Source: Gammaproteobacteria bacterium (GTDB taxonomy: Bacteria; Pseudomonadota; Gammaproteobacteria; SURF-13). From it: a stretch of DNA of 64,000 nt. The translations under genes were made by a program, and so were the position numbers. Numbering within the stretch: position 1 is the first letter of the stretch; each line of letters opens with the position of its first letter. A model generated the notes under the pieces. The model made no database searches and had not been told where the DNA came from. It saw only the letters and a program-made list of their open reading frames with translations. Below are positions 46,606 through 55,638 of this stretch, piece by piece. The DNA is taken from positions 278 through 64,277 of the forward strand of contig QZKM01000018.1 in NCBI GenBank assembly GCA_003599485.1, written 5' to 3'.

Positions 46606-48422
46606 TTGATGTTTACCAGCCGCTGCCGCAGCCGGCCCGTGATCTGCGCGGCGGGCAGCGGGCCGCCCAGGTAATAGCCCTGCGCAAAATCGCAACTCAA
46701 CCCGGCGAGCCTGTCCAGAACTTCGCGCGTCTCGACGCCCTCGCCTACCACCTTGATCCCAAACGCATGCGCCAGATCAATAATCTGGCGCACGATCACG
46801 GCGTCGTCCTCGTTCATCGCCATCCCGGTCACAAACGACTGGCCGATCTTGATCTCGTCCACCGGCGGCTTCCTGAGATAGCTGAGCGAGGAATAGCCGG
46901 TGCCGAAGCCGTCAACGGACAGCCGCACGCCAAGTTCGCTCAAACGCATGAGCATGTCCGTGACGCGCGCCGGGTCCGACATGACGCTCTCGGTGATCTC
47001 CAATTCCAGATACTGCGGTGCGAAGCCGGTGGCGTGCAGCAATTGCCCGATCTGGTCCAGGAGCTGGCCGTTTTGCAGGTTCTGCACGGAAAGATTGACC
47101 GCGATACCGACAGGCAGACCTGCCTCATGCCAGGCGCGGCCTTGGCGCAATGCGGCGTCGAGCACCCACAGGGTGAGCCGGTTGATCAACCCGGTGCGCT
47201 CGGCAACCGGAATAAACTGATCGGGCGCGATCAGGCCGTGCTGCGGGTGCTGCCAGCGCACCAGGGCCTCCACGCCCGCCACCTCACCCGTCGTTATGGA
47301 AACCTTGGGCTGATAGTGCAGCACCAGTTGTTCATGTTCGATGGCCTGGCGCAGCTCTCCGATGAGCGCCAGGCGGTGCACGGTGCGATGGTCGTATAAC
47401 GCGGCATAAACGGCATAGCCGCCGTTCTGTTTGGCTTCGTACATCGCCGCATCGGCGCGCTGCATGAGCAGATCAGCCTCGTCGCCGTGCTCCGGATAAA
47501 GCGCAATGCCGATGCTGGCGCCGATCTCCATGCTCAGTCCTTCAACGACCATGGCTTCCTGCAGGGCGTGGAGTATTTTCTGCGCGACCAATGTGGCCTG
47601 GTTCGCGCCGGTGTGCGGCAGCACCACCGCGAATTCATCTCCGCCCAAGCGCGCCAACGTGTCGGAATCACGCAGCACGTTGCGCAGGCGCGGCCCGATC
47701 TGACGCAACAGCAGATCACCCCTCTGGTGACCGAGCGTATCGTTGACTTCCTTGAACCGGTCGAGGTCCATCAGCAGCAGGGCAAAAGGCGTGTCCTCGC
47801 GCCGGCCGATGCTGATGGCCTGTTGCAAACAGTTATACAACAGGGCGCGGTTGGGCAGGCCGGTCAGCGGGTCGTGCAAGGCCTGATGTTCCCGCGCCTG
47901 CACATCCTCCTGCGCCTGACGCAGCGCCCTGTTGAGTTCGCCGCTGACGATTTCGTGCTGGACCCACAGCGCCACGTCACACAGTTTTTGCACATCGTCT
48001 TCGCTCATTTGCCGTGGGCGGTAATCCACGATGCACAACGTGCCCAGCCTGCTGCCGTCTAGGGCGCTGACCGGACATCCGGCATAGAAACGTATAAACG
48101 GCGGCCCCGCCACATAAGGGTTGCCGGCAAAACGCTCGTCGAGCAGGGTGTCGGGCACCACCATCACCTCGTCCCTCAGGATGGCGTGGGCGCAAAAGGA
48201 GAAGGCGCGCGGGGTCTCGGAAATGTCCAGACCGTAGCTCGACTTGAACCACTGCCGCTCGGCGTCAATCAGGCTGATGAGGGAAACCGGCGCGTCGAAC
48301 AAGCGCGCGGCAAAACGGGTGATGCGGTCGAAGCGCGTTTCGGGGGGTGTATCGAGCAGGTTCAGGTTTGCCAACGTGGCAAGCCTGGCGGCCTCGTCGG
48401 CCGGCAGCGGCGCTTCAAGCAT
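46602..48422 (-). CDS. GAF-GGDEF-EAL c-di-GMP signalling protein
   Basis: GAF (RFDRITR...FCAHAI), RLGGDEF with RxxD I-site, EAL motif; EAL domain partly degenerate. Confidence 0.92.
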   Translation of the reverse strand: MLEAPLPADEAARLATLANLNLLDTPPETRFDRITRFAARLFDAPVSLISLIDAERQWFKSSYGLDISETPRAFSFCAHAILRDEVMVVPDTLLDERFAGNPYVAGPPFIRFYAGCPVSALDGSRLGTLCIVDYRPRQMSEDDVQKLCDVALWVQHEIVSGELNRALRQAQEDVQAREHQALHDPLTGLPNRALLYNCLQQAISIGRREDTPFALLLMDLDRFKEVNDTLGHQRGDLLLRQIGPRLRNVLRDSDTLARLGGDEFAVVLPHTGANQATLVAQKILHALQEAMVVEGLSMEIGASIGIALYPEHGDEADLLMQRADAAMYEAKQNGGYAVYAALYDHRTVHRLALIGELRQAIEHEQLVLHYQPKVSITTGEVAGVEALVRWQHPQHGLIAPDQFIPVAERTGLINRLTLWVLDAALRQGRAWHEAGLPVGIAVNLSVQNLQNGQLLDQIGQLLHATGFAPQYLELEITESVMSDPARVTDMLMRLSELGVRLSVDGFGTGYSSLSYLRKPPVDEIKIGQSFVTGMAMNEDDAVIVRQIIDLAHAFGIKVVGEGVETREVLDRLAGLSCDFAQGYYLGGPLPAAQITGRLRQRLVNIN

Positions 48423-48642
48423 AACTTTCCCCAAGATCTCCGGCCAAAGCTTAATGCGTTATTATAGGAAAGTGATCAGGCCATCACCAGCGCGATTTAT
48501 TTTGTCACTGTTTTTCAGTGGGTTATAGTGGATTGTTGTTTTGATAGTACAATAGCAGACAGGGAGGGAGATGAATTCTCCAAAACTTTCTTGAAATTGC
48601 CTCCATGATCTTTTGAGACAGATAGAATATGGACGTATGTTT

Positions 48643-49347
48643 ATGAATTCTGAACATTTTAATACGGATGCGCACGAAATCGCCAAGTTCGAAGCGGCGG
48701 CCGCGCGCTGGTGGGACCCAAGCAGCGAATTCAAACCGCTGCATGATCTCAATCCCCTGCGCCTTGAGTATATCGAGAGCCATGTGACGCTGGCCGGCAA
48801 ACGCGCGCTCGACGTGGGGTGCGGCGGCGGCATACTGGCCGAGGGGCTGGCGCGGCGCGGGGCCGAAGTCACCGGCATAGACATGGGCGCGGCATCGCTC
48901 AGCGCCGCGCGCCTGCATCTGCTGGAATCGGGCCTCAAGGTGGATTATCAGCAGACCGCCGTCGAGCAATTCGCCCAGCACCACCGCGCGGAATTCGATC
49001 TGGTCACCTGCATGGAACTGCTGGAGCACGTGCCCGATCCGGCTTCGGTAGTCAGGGCCTGCGCGCAACTCGTCAAACCGGGCGGCGTGGTGTTTTTCTC
49101 CACGCTGAATCGCAATCCGAAGTCTTGGCTGTTCGCCGTGCTGGGGGCGGAATACCTGCTGCGTATGCTGCCGCGCGGCACGCATGATTACGCCAAATTC
49201 ATCCGCCCCGCGGAGCTGGCGGCATGGATCCGGGACAGCGGCCTCACGCTACGCGAACTGACGGGCATGAGCTACAATCCGCTCAGCCGGCAATACAGCC
49301 TGTCGCGCGACGTGAGCGTGAATTATTTCGCCGTGGCGGGGAAATGA
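48643..49347 (+). CDS. ubiG: Ubiquinone biosynthesis O-methyltransferase
   Basis: EIAKF...[31 protein letters not shown]. Confidence 0.96.
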   Translation: MNSEHFNTDAHEIAKFEAAAARWWDPSSEFKPLHDLNPLRLEYIESHVTLAGKRALDVGCGGGILAEGLARRGAEVTGIDMGAASLSAARLHLLESGLKVDYQQTAVEQFAQHHRAEFDLVTCMELLEHVPDPASVVRACAQLVKPGGVVFFSTLNRNPKSWLFAVLGAEYLLRMLPRGTHDYAKFIRPAELAAWIRDSGLTLRELTGMSYNPLSRQYSLSRDVSVNYFAVAGK

Positions 49348-50012
49348 AGCACGCGCTGCGCACCGTGCTGTTTGATCTGGACGGCACGCTGGCGGACACC
49401 GCCCCCGATCTCGCCCACGCGCTCAACGCCGTGCTGCGCGAACAGGGGCGCGCCGCCCTGCCGTTTGCACGCGTCCGCGCCGCCGTCTCGCACGGCGCAA
49501 GCGCGTTGATCCGTCTTGGCTTCAACATCGAGCCCGATGATGCAAACTTTGAAACGCTGCGCTTGCGTTTACTGGACATTTATCAACAGCACCTGGCCGA
49601 TCAAACCACCCTGTTCCCGGGCGTACCGGAACTGCTGGAGCATATTGAACGACGCGGCATGAACTGGGGCGTGATCACCAACAAGCCCGCCTGGCTCACT
49701 GGACCGCTCATGGATAAGCTGGGTCTTACGCAGCGCGCCGCCTGCATCGTGAGCGGCGACACCACCGCGCGCCGCAAGCCCGACCCCGAGCCCATGCTGT
49801 ACGCCTGCGGCAAGGCGGGCAGCACGGTGCAGGAATGCGTGTACGTCGGCGACGCCGAGCGCGACATCGAGGCGGGAAGACGCGCTGGAATGAAAACCCT
49901 GGTGGCATTGTTTGGTTATATCGCGCACGACGACACGCCTCACGCCTGGGGCGCGGACGGCATGATAAACGCGCCGCAGGACGTGCTGGCCTGGATGGAC
50001 GATCATGCTTGA
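49344..50012 (+). CDS. gph: HAD phosphatase (phosphoglycolate phosphatase / MupP-like)
   Basis: FDLDGTL, TNKP, KPDPEP, YVGD; ATGA overlap with ubiG. Confidence 0.88.
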   Translation: MKHALRTVLFDLDGTLADTAPDLAHALNAVLREQGRAALPFARVRAAVSHGASALIRLGFNIEPDDANFETLRLRLLDIYQQHLADQTTLFPGVPELLEHIERRGMNWGVITNKPAWLTGPLMDKLGLTQRAACIVSGDTTARRKPDPEPMLYACGKAGSTVQECVYVGDAERDIEAGRRAGMKTLVALFGYIAHDDTPHAWGADGMINAPQDVLAWMDDHA

Positions 50013-51288
50013 TTCCATTTCACTTTTTACCTTGTTATCAAGCATCACGCTGGCGTTGCTCGTGGGCGCGTTCGCGTGCTATTTCCATCTTCAACGCCGC
50101 GTCAGCGAACTGCGCGAAACCAACGCCACGCTGCGCGCCACGCTGGAAGCCGAGCGCCACGCCATGAGCGAGAAAATGAGCGCACTGGAAGGCGCGCGCG
50201 CCGAATTGACTCACACCTTCAGCGCGCTGGCCGGTCAGGCTCTGCGCAGCAACACCGAGGAATTTCTCAAGCTGGCGCAAGAAAATCTCAAACAATTCCA
50301 GATCAAGGCGGAAAGCGGTCTGACGCAAAAAGAAAAGGCGATTGAAGGCCTGGTCCAGCCCATCAGGGAGGCGCTGGAAAAAACCGAAAAGCAGATACAT
50401 CAGATCGAACTGGAGCGCAGGGAGGCGTATGGCTCGCTCGGCAAACATCTGGAGCAGATGGCGCACGCGCATCAAACCCTGCAAAGCGAGACGCGCAATC
50501 TCACCCAGGCATTGAGACGCCCCGAAGTGCGCGGTCAATGGGGCGAGATGACGCTCAAGCGCCTCGCGGAACTCGCCGGCATGGTGGAATACTGCGACTT
50601 TTCCCAACAGGAACACACCGCCACGGAAGACGGCGCGGTGCGCCCCGACATGATCGTGCGCATGCCGGGCGGGCGCGAGATCGTGGTGGACGCCAAGACG
50701 CCGCTCGACGCTTACCTCAGCGCGGTGGAGGCCCCGGACGACGCGGCGCGCGACAAATACCTGCAACAGCACGCGCGCAAGGTCGCGGAGCGCGTGAAAG
50801 AGCTGGCGGGTAAGGCCTACTGGTCGCAATTCCCGAATGCGCCCGATTTTGTGGTGTTGTTCATCCCCGGCGACCAGTTTCTCAGCGCCGCGCTGGACGT
50901 GGATCGTGACCTGCTGGAAAACGCATTGCGGCAGAAGGTCATCCTCGCCACGCCCACCAGTTTTGTCGCCCTGCTGCGCGCCGTCGCCTACGGCTGGCGC
51001 CAGCAAAGCCTGGCAGCAAATGCGGAAAAAATACGCGACCTTGGCGCCGAACTCTACGAGCGCCTGGCGACCTTCACCGAGCACTTTTCCAAAGTTGGCG
51101 CCAATTTAAAAACCGCCCTGGACTTTTATAACAAAGCCGCCGGTTCTTATGATCGCATGCTCATCCCCAGCGCGCGGAAATTCGTCGAAATGGGCATCCA
51201 GGCCAACAAACCCCTGGAATCTCCCACGCCCATAGAAGCCGAGGTACGCACGCTCGCCAATCCAGCAAAAAACAAACCATCCGGTTGA
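50005..51288 (+). CDS. rmuC: DNA recombination protein RmuC
   Basis: N-terminal TM, coiled coil, RGQWGE, RPD...VDAK, DFVVLFIP. Confidence 0.93.
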   Translation: MLDSISLFTLLSSITLALLVGAFACYFHLQRRVSELRETNATLRATLEAERHAMSEKMSALEGARAELTHTFSALAGQALRSNTEEFLKLAQENLKQFQIKAESGLTQKEKAIEGLVQPIREALEKTEKQIHQIELERREAYGSLGKHLEQMAHAHQTLQSETRNLTQALRRPEVRGQWGEMTLKRLAELAGMVEYCDFSQQEHTATEDGAVRPDMIVRMPGGREIVVDAKTPLDAYLSAVEAPDDAARDKYLQQHARKVAERVKELAGKAYWSQFPNAPDFVVLFIPGDQFLSAALDVDRDLLENALRQKVILATPTSFVALLRAVAYGWRQQSLAANAEKIRDLGAELYERLATFTEHFSKVGANLKTALDFYNKAAGSYDRMLIPSARKFVEMGIQANKPLESPTPIEAEVRTLANPAKNKPSG

Positions 51289-51293
51289 CACGG

Positions 51294-52160
51294 ATGGCTC
51301 CCCACGATTACTTCCGGGACAAAATAGCGCAGCCCGGCTCCTTGCTGTACTACAGCCTGCTGTACACCCCGCAAGCAGGGCGCGACGCCCTCATCGCACT
51401 GCATACCCTGCGTCACGAATTGCTCGATGTGCTGGACAAATGCAGCGACGCTTCGGTGGCGCGCATGAAGTTGAACTGGTGGCGCGAGGAGCTGCATCGC
51501 CTGTTTCAGAACCAGGCCCGCCATCCCTTGACCCAGGCACTGCTCCCGCTCACCCAACGCTACACTCTTCCACTTGAGCATTTCCTGGAGATTGTGGACG
51601 GCGTGCAGATGGGACTGGACGTCACCCGCTACTCGTCTTGCAATGAACTGCTGCTCTACTGCCACCGGGTAAGCAGCATGGTGACGCTGATGAGCGTGGA
51701 GATTCTGGGATACACGGAACGCGCCACGCTCAAATTCGCCCATGAGTTAGGCGTGGCGCTGCAACTGACGCGTTTTATACTGAACCTGCGCCACGACTCG
51801 CGGCGCGGACGGATTTTTATACCGCTTGATGAAATGAACCGCTTCGGTGTGAACGTCAACGACCTGAAAGAAGCCGCGCCCGGCGGCAAGCTGAAGGAGC
51901 TGTTAAGGCTTCAGGCGCAGCGCGTGCGTGAATACCACGCCAAGGCGTTGGCTCAACTCCCCGCAGTGGACCGTTACCGCCAGCTTCCTCTGCTCACCGA
52001 GGCCTGGCTCCATCTGGCCTTGCTGGACAAGCTTGAGGACAGGGACTACTGGCTGCCGGAACAACCTCTGACACTCGCGCCGTTACGCCAACTCTGGATC
52101 GCCTGGCGCACCCTGCGCCGCGAGAAGGGCATGCGCAAATCCGCGACTCAAGGCGCCTGA
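51294..52160 (+). CDS. Squalene/phytoene synthase family protein (HpnD-like, degenerate motifs)
   Basis: GSLLYYS, KLNWWREE, HPLTQAL, YCHRVS, LGVALQLT, RGRIFIP. Confidence 0.8.
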   Translation: MAPHDYFRDKIAQPGSLLYYSLLYTPQAGRDALIALHTLRHELLDVLDKCSDASVARMKLNWWREELHRLFQNQARHPLTQALLPLTQRYTLPLEHFLEIVDGVQMGLDVTRYSSCNELLLYCHRVSSMVTLMSVEILGYTERATLKFAHELGVALQLTRFILNLRHDSRRGRIFIPLDEMNRFGVNVNDLKEAAPGGKLKELLRLQAQRVREYHAKALAQLPAVDRYRQLPLLTEAWLHLALLDKLEDRDYWLPEQPLTLAPLRQLWIAWRTLRREKGMRKSATQGA

Positions 52161-53185
52161 CCGGTGCGCGCGAGGTAATCCCTCAAATTTTCCGGCTTGT
52201 AGCCCGAGAGGTTTTTGTAGCGCCGCAGCGCATCGGGATGGACTTTTTCTCCGGTGTTTTCACCCGCCCCAATGGGGCGATGATGACTGGGTGTGAGCTT
52301 GTAGAGCCCCGTCCTGGAGTCGCGCAACTCGCCGTCCCATCCGGGATGGATGTTTTCCCTGACGTAGTCCTCGTCAAAGGCAAGCCCCGCGCCTTGCGCC
52401 TTTTCCTTCATCCACATGAAGGTGATGTCGGAAAGGCCACTGTCTTCATAGCCGCCGCCGACGTTGGTATGCACACCGGCGAACCACACCTGCTCCAGTT
52501 TTTGACCCGCCGCGTGCGGCTGCTGCTGCCAGATGCTCGGCGCAAACGGCGCGCGCTTCTCGTCTATCGCCAGTGCCTGATAAGCGTGATCCACGTAACT
52601 GCTCAGCTTCACGTCGTGGAATTCCAGTCCTATCAGCCTGTTCGCATAACGCATCCCGCGCAGCGGAATGCCCAACGCGCCCACGGTGTCCCACACGCCG
52701 ATGCATTTAATACGCACCTCGTGCGCGTACATCCTGCGGAATATCTGCGCTTCCACCGAATTCGGATTGGACTGGTCATCCCGGCGGCGATACAAGGCAT
52801 AAGCCTGCTGGAATTTATCCGCGTGTTCCTTTTTCAGCAACCCGCAGTTGCGCATCAGACCGGCGGTGCTTCTCGCGGTATAAGCGCCGCGGCTGAAACC
52901 GAACAGATAAATCTCGTCGTCCGGCTCATAGTTTTCCACCAGAAACCGGTACGCATCCTCGATATTTTCTGACAAGCCGGCGCCAAAGGCCCCGCCCCTC
53001 ACGCGATCCCACCAATGCGTGCCCACCCCCTTGTCGTAGAAAACCCGTTGCTCCATTCCGCGCGCATCCTGACGCGCCACCGCCAGCGCCATCTTCGCCA
53101 CGTTACTCGGCCTGATCTGACCCCGGTCTTTCTGGTCAGGCGTATTCCATGTGCCGTCGGAACAGATGACGATGCGTTTAGGCAT
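52148..53185 (-). CDS. DUF2235 / Tle1-like alpha/beta hydrolase
   Basis: ICSDGTWN, SNV, GFSRGAYTAR, GVWDTVG, AIDEKR, WFAGVHTNVGG. Confidence 0.9.
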   Translation of the reverse strand: MPKRIVICSDGTWNTPDQKDRGQIRPSNVAKMALAVARQDARGMEQRVFYDKGVGTHWWDRVRGGAFGAGLSENIEDAYRFLVENYEPDDEIYLFGFSRGAYTARSTAGLMRNCGLLKKEHADKFQQAYALYRRRDDQSNPNSVEAQIFRRMYAHEVRIKCIGVWDTVGALGIPLRGMRYANRLIGLEFHDVKLSSYVDHAYQALAIDEKRAPFAPSIWQQQPHAAGQKLEQVWFAGVHTNVGGGYEDSGLSDITFMWMKEKAQGAGLAFDEDYVRENIHPGWDGELRDSRTGLYKLTPSHHRPIGAGENTGEKVHPDALRRYKNLSGYKPENLRDYLARTGQAP

Positions 53186-53233
53186 GGCACATCCTCTTAT
53201 GTTGAATCACTCCAGCAGCTTACCATAGCCCGT

Positions 53234-53363
53234 GTAGAGCGCAATAACCGAAGGGCATTGCGCCGGATGCGATGCCACTTTCACCAGCGCTGCTTTCATA
53301 ACCCGCCAATCATCGTTCTCGTTTTCATCCGGCGCATTACGGCTCATGCCTAATGCGCCCTAC
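53234..53363. repeat. Inverted pair of GTAG-type REP palindromes (REPIN/BIME-like)
   Basis: + GTAGAGCGCAATAACCGAAGGGCATTGCGCCGGATG (53234-53269) and - GTAGGGCGCATTAGGCATGAGCCGTAATGCGCCGGATG (53363-53326). Confidence 0.8.
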
Positions 53364-53682
53364 GCTTGCTGAAACAGGAAATACGAAGTAGTCAGGATCA
53401 GACGCTTTACTGTTGTGCGCAATTCCATCCAGGTTCAATCTTACGAATACCACGAAATCACAATCGAAGCGGCTGATCAGAAAACCCGTGGCTTTCCGTG
53501 TCCATCTGCTCTTAACCTGAAGTCTGGCAGAGGTGTTGTGTTCTGGACTTGTAGCGACCAAGTCATACCCCGGCATATTCGTGTATGTCTTGTATGTATG
53601 CCTCGACGCCATTAATCAGCAGATTCCCGAGCACCAGAAACTCTGCACCTTCAGACTCCAGCTTCGTGTTCTTGTATACCAT
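53337..53682 (-). pseudogene. Frameshifted PD-(D/E)XK-like nuclease gene
   Basis: ATG 53682 MVYKNTKLESEGAEFLVLGNLLINGVEAY joins KTYTNMPGYDLVA...LQVKSR when a 4-bp tandem duplication (53592-53599) is removed; 3' end runs into the REP. Confidence 0.7.
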
Positions 53683-53701
53683 CTCTATCGTGCTCTTGAG
53701 C

Positions 53702-53791
53702 CCCTAACGCCTTGTTGTGCCGCGCCGGCCACGAGCGCACCAGGAAATGCGCTGCACTGTCCCCAGCGTCGGCACGAACAAATAGTTATGT
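53702..53791 (-). mobile_element. Integron attC site (~90 bp)
   Basis: Minus strand ACATAAC-TATTTGTTCGTGCCGACGC...GCGCGGCACAACAAGGC-GTTAGGG: R''/R' core boxes, paired L boxes with extrahelical bases, overlapping the GNAT stop codon. Confidence 0.85.
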
Positions 53792-54280
53792 TTCAAGTTT
53801 TTTGTACATGACATACGCGTCAACGAACCCATGTGTGGGATGCCTAAACGCCTCCGGTAACGCGCCGACAATCTCAAAGCCAAGCTTTTTCCAGAGCCGA
53901 ACAGCACCGGTATTGGTCGAAACGACCAAGTTGTATTGCATTGATCGAAATCCCCGCCTCATGGCCTCTTGCTGAGAATGCTCGCACATGGCAGACGCGA
54001 TGCCTTTGCCCCGAGAGGTTTCTCCGACAACGTAGCCACAGTTGCAAACATGCGCACCTTGGCCCGGTTGATTGGCCTTTATGTAGTAGGTGCCCAAAAT
54101 GTGCCCTGAGTCATCTTCTACCACGAATGTGGCTGCTGGCACCTCAACCCAGACCTTAAAGGCTTCGGCTTCCGAGATGTCGGAGGCGAAACTGTAGGTA
54201 TCACCAGCACGAAAGACGGGCTCAAGAATGGCCCAAGTAGCCGGCCAGTCGGATTCTTCAATAGGCCGAATCGTCGTCAT
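53786..54280 (-). CDS. GNAT family N-acetyltransferase (gene cassette)
   Basis: GDTYSF, HVCNCGYVV, RGKGIA, MQYNLVVSTN.GAVRLWKKLGF; start at ATG 54280. Confidence 0.92.
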   Translation of the reverse strand: MTTIRPIEESDWPATWAILEPVFRAGDTYSFASDISEAEAFKVWVEVPAATFVVEDDSGHILGTYYIKANQPGQGAHVCNCGYVVGETSRGKGIASAMCEHSQQEAMRRGFRSMQYNLVVSTNTGAVRLWKKLGFEIVGALPEAFRHPTHGFVDAYVMYKKLET

Positions 54281-54425
54281 ACGTTGGAAATGTCTCTTGA
54301 AACATAACGGGACGCGAGTCGAGGCGCACCCCAAATGGTTAAGGATAGAATGATTCTATTCTTAGTCAGGAGCGGGCGACAGCCGCGTCCGGAGGGAGCG
54401 GCTCGAACGAGGGATAGGCACCTCA

Positions 54426-54725
54426 TCAGGTATGACCGGCTTCGGCATGCAACTTGAGTCCCAGAGCCCCGATGACTTTGAGGATGGTATCGAAACCGGG
54501 GCTGCGCTCGCCGGAAAGAGCTTTGTAAAGGCTCTCACGGGATAGGCCGGCATCGCGCGCAACCTGCGCCATGCCCTTCGCACGGGCAATGTCGCCTAGT
54601 GCTTTAGCAATGAAAGCGGCGTCTCCGTTTGCCTCTTCGAAGCAAGCTTCGAGGTAGGCGGCCATTTCCTCAGGGGTTCTGAGGTGTTCGGCAACGTCAT
54701 AGCGAGTGGTAGCAGTTTTGGCCAT
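54426..54725 (-). CDS. Addiction module antitoxin (HTH, HigA-like)
   Basis: YDVAEHL...AYLEA, ALGDIARAKGMAQVARDAGLSRESLYKALS. Confidence 0.92.
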   Translation of the reverse strand: MAKTATTRYDVAEHLRTPEEMAAYLEACFEEANGDAAFIAKALGDIARAKGMAQVARDAGLSRESLYKALSGERSPGFDTILKVIGALGLKLHAEAGHT

Positions 54726-54730
54726 AGTGA

Positions 54731-55027
54731 TTACTCCGAAAGGTTGCGGGCGAGGCGCAAGGCAGTCTTGATGTCCTTGGCTTGGGTGCTCTTATCACCG
54801 CCGGCCAGGAGAATGATTGCTTCTCGCCCTCGCTTTCTGAAATAGACCCTGTACCCAGGGCCGTAGTTGATTCGCAACTCCGATATGCCTTCGCCAACCG
54901 GCTCTACATCACCAGGGTTTCCGCCAGCGAGGCGCTCGATCCTGGCCTGAACACGCGCTCTGGCTTGGTTGTCACGTAGGTCATCGAGCCATTTAGCAAA
55001 GACGCCGGTCTTGCGAATTTCGACCAT
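54731..55027 (-). CDS. RelE/HigB-like addiction module toxin
   Basis: FAKWLDDLRD, GNPGDVEPVGEGISELRINYGPGYRVYF, LLAGGDKSTQ. Confidence 0.93.
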   Translation of the reverse strand: MVEIRKTGVFAKWLDDLRDNQARARVQARIERLAGGNPGDVEPVGEGISELRINYGPGYRVYFRKRGREAIILLAGGDKSTQAKDIKTALRLARNLSE

Positions 55028-55033
55028 CCACTA

Positions 55034-55062
55034 ACTGTAGCCGCATGGCTACATCATGTCAA
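55034..55062 (-). promoter_or_regulatory. TA promoter with overlapping palindromic operator
   Basis: TTGACA-N17-TACAGT; operator TGTAGCC-N4-GGCTACA at 55036-55053. Confidence 0.85.
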
Positions 55063-55133
55063 TAGCAAAGCGACATCGCTTCAAGTGGCCAACCGGAGTG
55101 AGGAACAACGCGCGTCCCGTTGAGAGGTGCGCG

Positions 55134-55493
55134 TCATGTCTTGCGCTGGTCTCGTATCAGGCTGCGTAGTTTGTTCATCAGGTATCCTCCCAACCACAGC
55201 ATGGCCTCCCACACCTGCACCGTCACCAGGCCGATGAGAAAGGAGTGCACAAATGCGGTTTCGATCACCTTGTCCGCGCCGAGCAAGGCCAGCGCGGGTG
55301 AACCGGCCCAGGGGATGGTGGAGGCGAGCACCTTGCGTATCAGGGGCTTTCCCTTGAAGGCGTGATAGCCGAGCGGGGCCATCGCCAGGGGAGCGATCAG
55401 TAAATGCAAGCCGCCCGCGAGATGGACTACATAGGCGTACAGCGCCGCCAGGATCAGGAGCGCTACCCAGTTGCGCAAATAATAGGAGCGCAC
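55134..55493 (-). CDS. Hypothetical membrane protein
   Basis: Several hydrophobic segments; start uncertain (GTG 55493 or TTG 55565). Confidence 0.5.
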   Translation of the reverse strand: MRSYYLRNWVALLILAALYAYVVHLAGGLHLLIAPLAMAPLGYHAFKGKPLIRKVLASTIPWAGSPALALLGADKVIETAFVHSFLIGLVTVQVWEAMLWLGGYLMNKLRSLIRDQRKT

Positions 55494-55551
55494 GCCGATT
55501 CCCGCGCCGGAATCAACGCCGCCAACCAGCGATAAAGCCGCTTGTTTTGTC

Positions 55552-55635
55552 TTATTTTCCGACAAACAGCGAGGTGAGCCATGCCACGATGACGATCGCC
55601 GCCGCCAAACTCAACATCACAAAGGTGAAGTCCAT
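55552..55635 (-). CDS. 27-aa single-TM small protein MDFTFVMLSLAAAIVIVAWLTSLFVGK
   Basis: ATG 3 nt after the flavoprotein stop, preceded by GGAGAGGG; below the ORF-track size cut-off. Confidence 0.5.
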   Translation of the reverse strand: MDFTFVMLSLAAAIVIVAWLTSLFVGK

Positions 55636-55638
55636 GAT

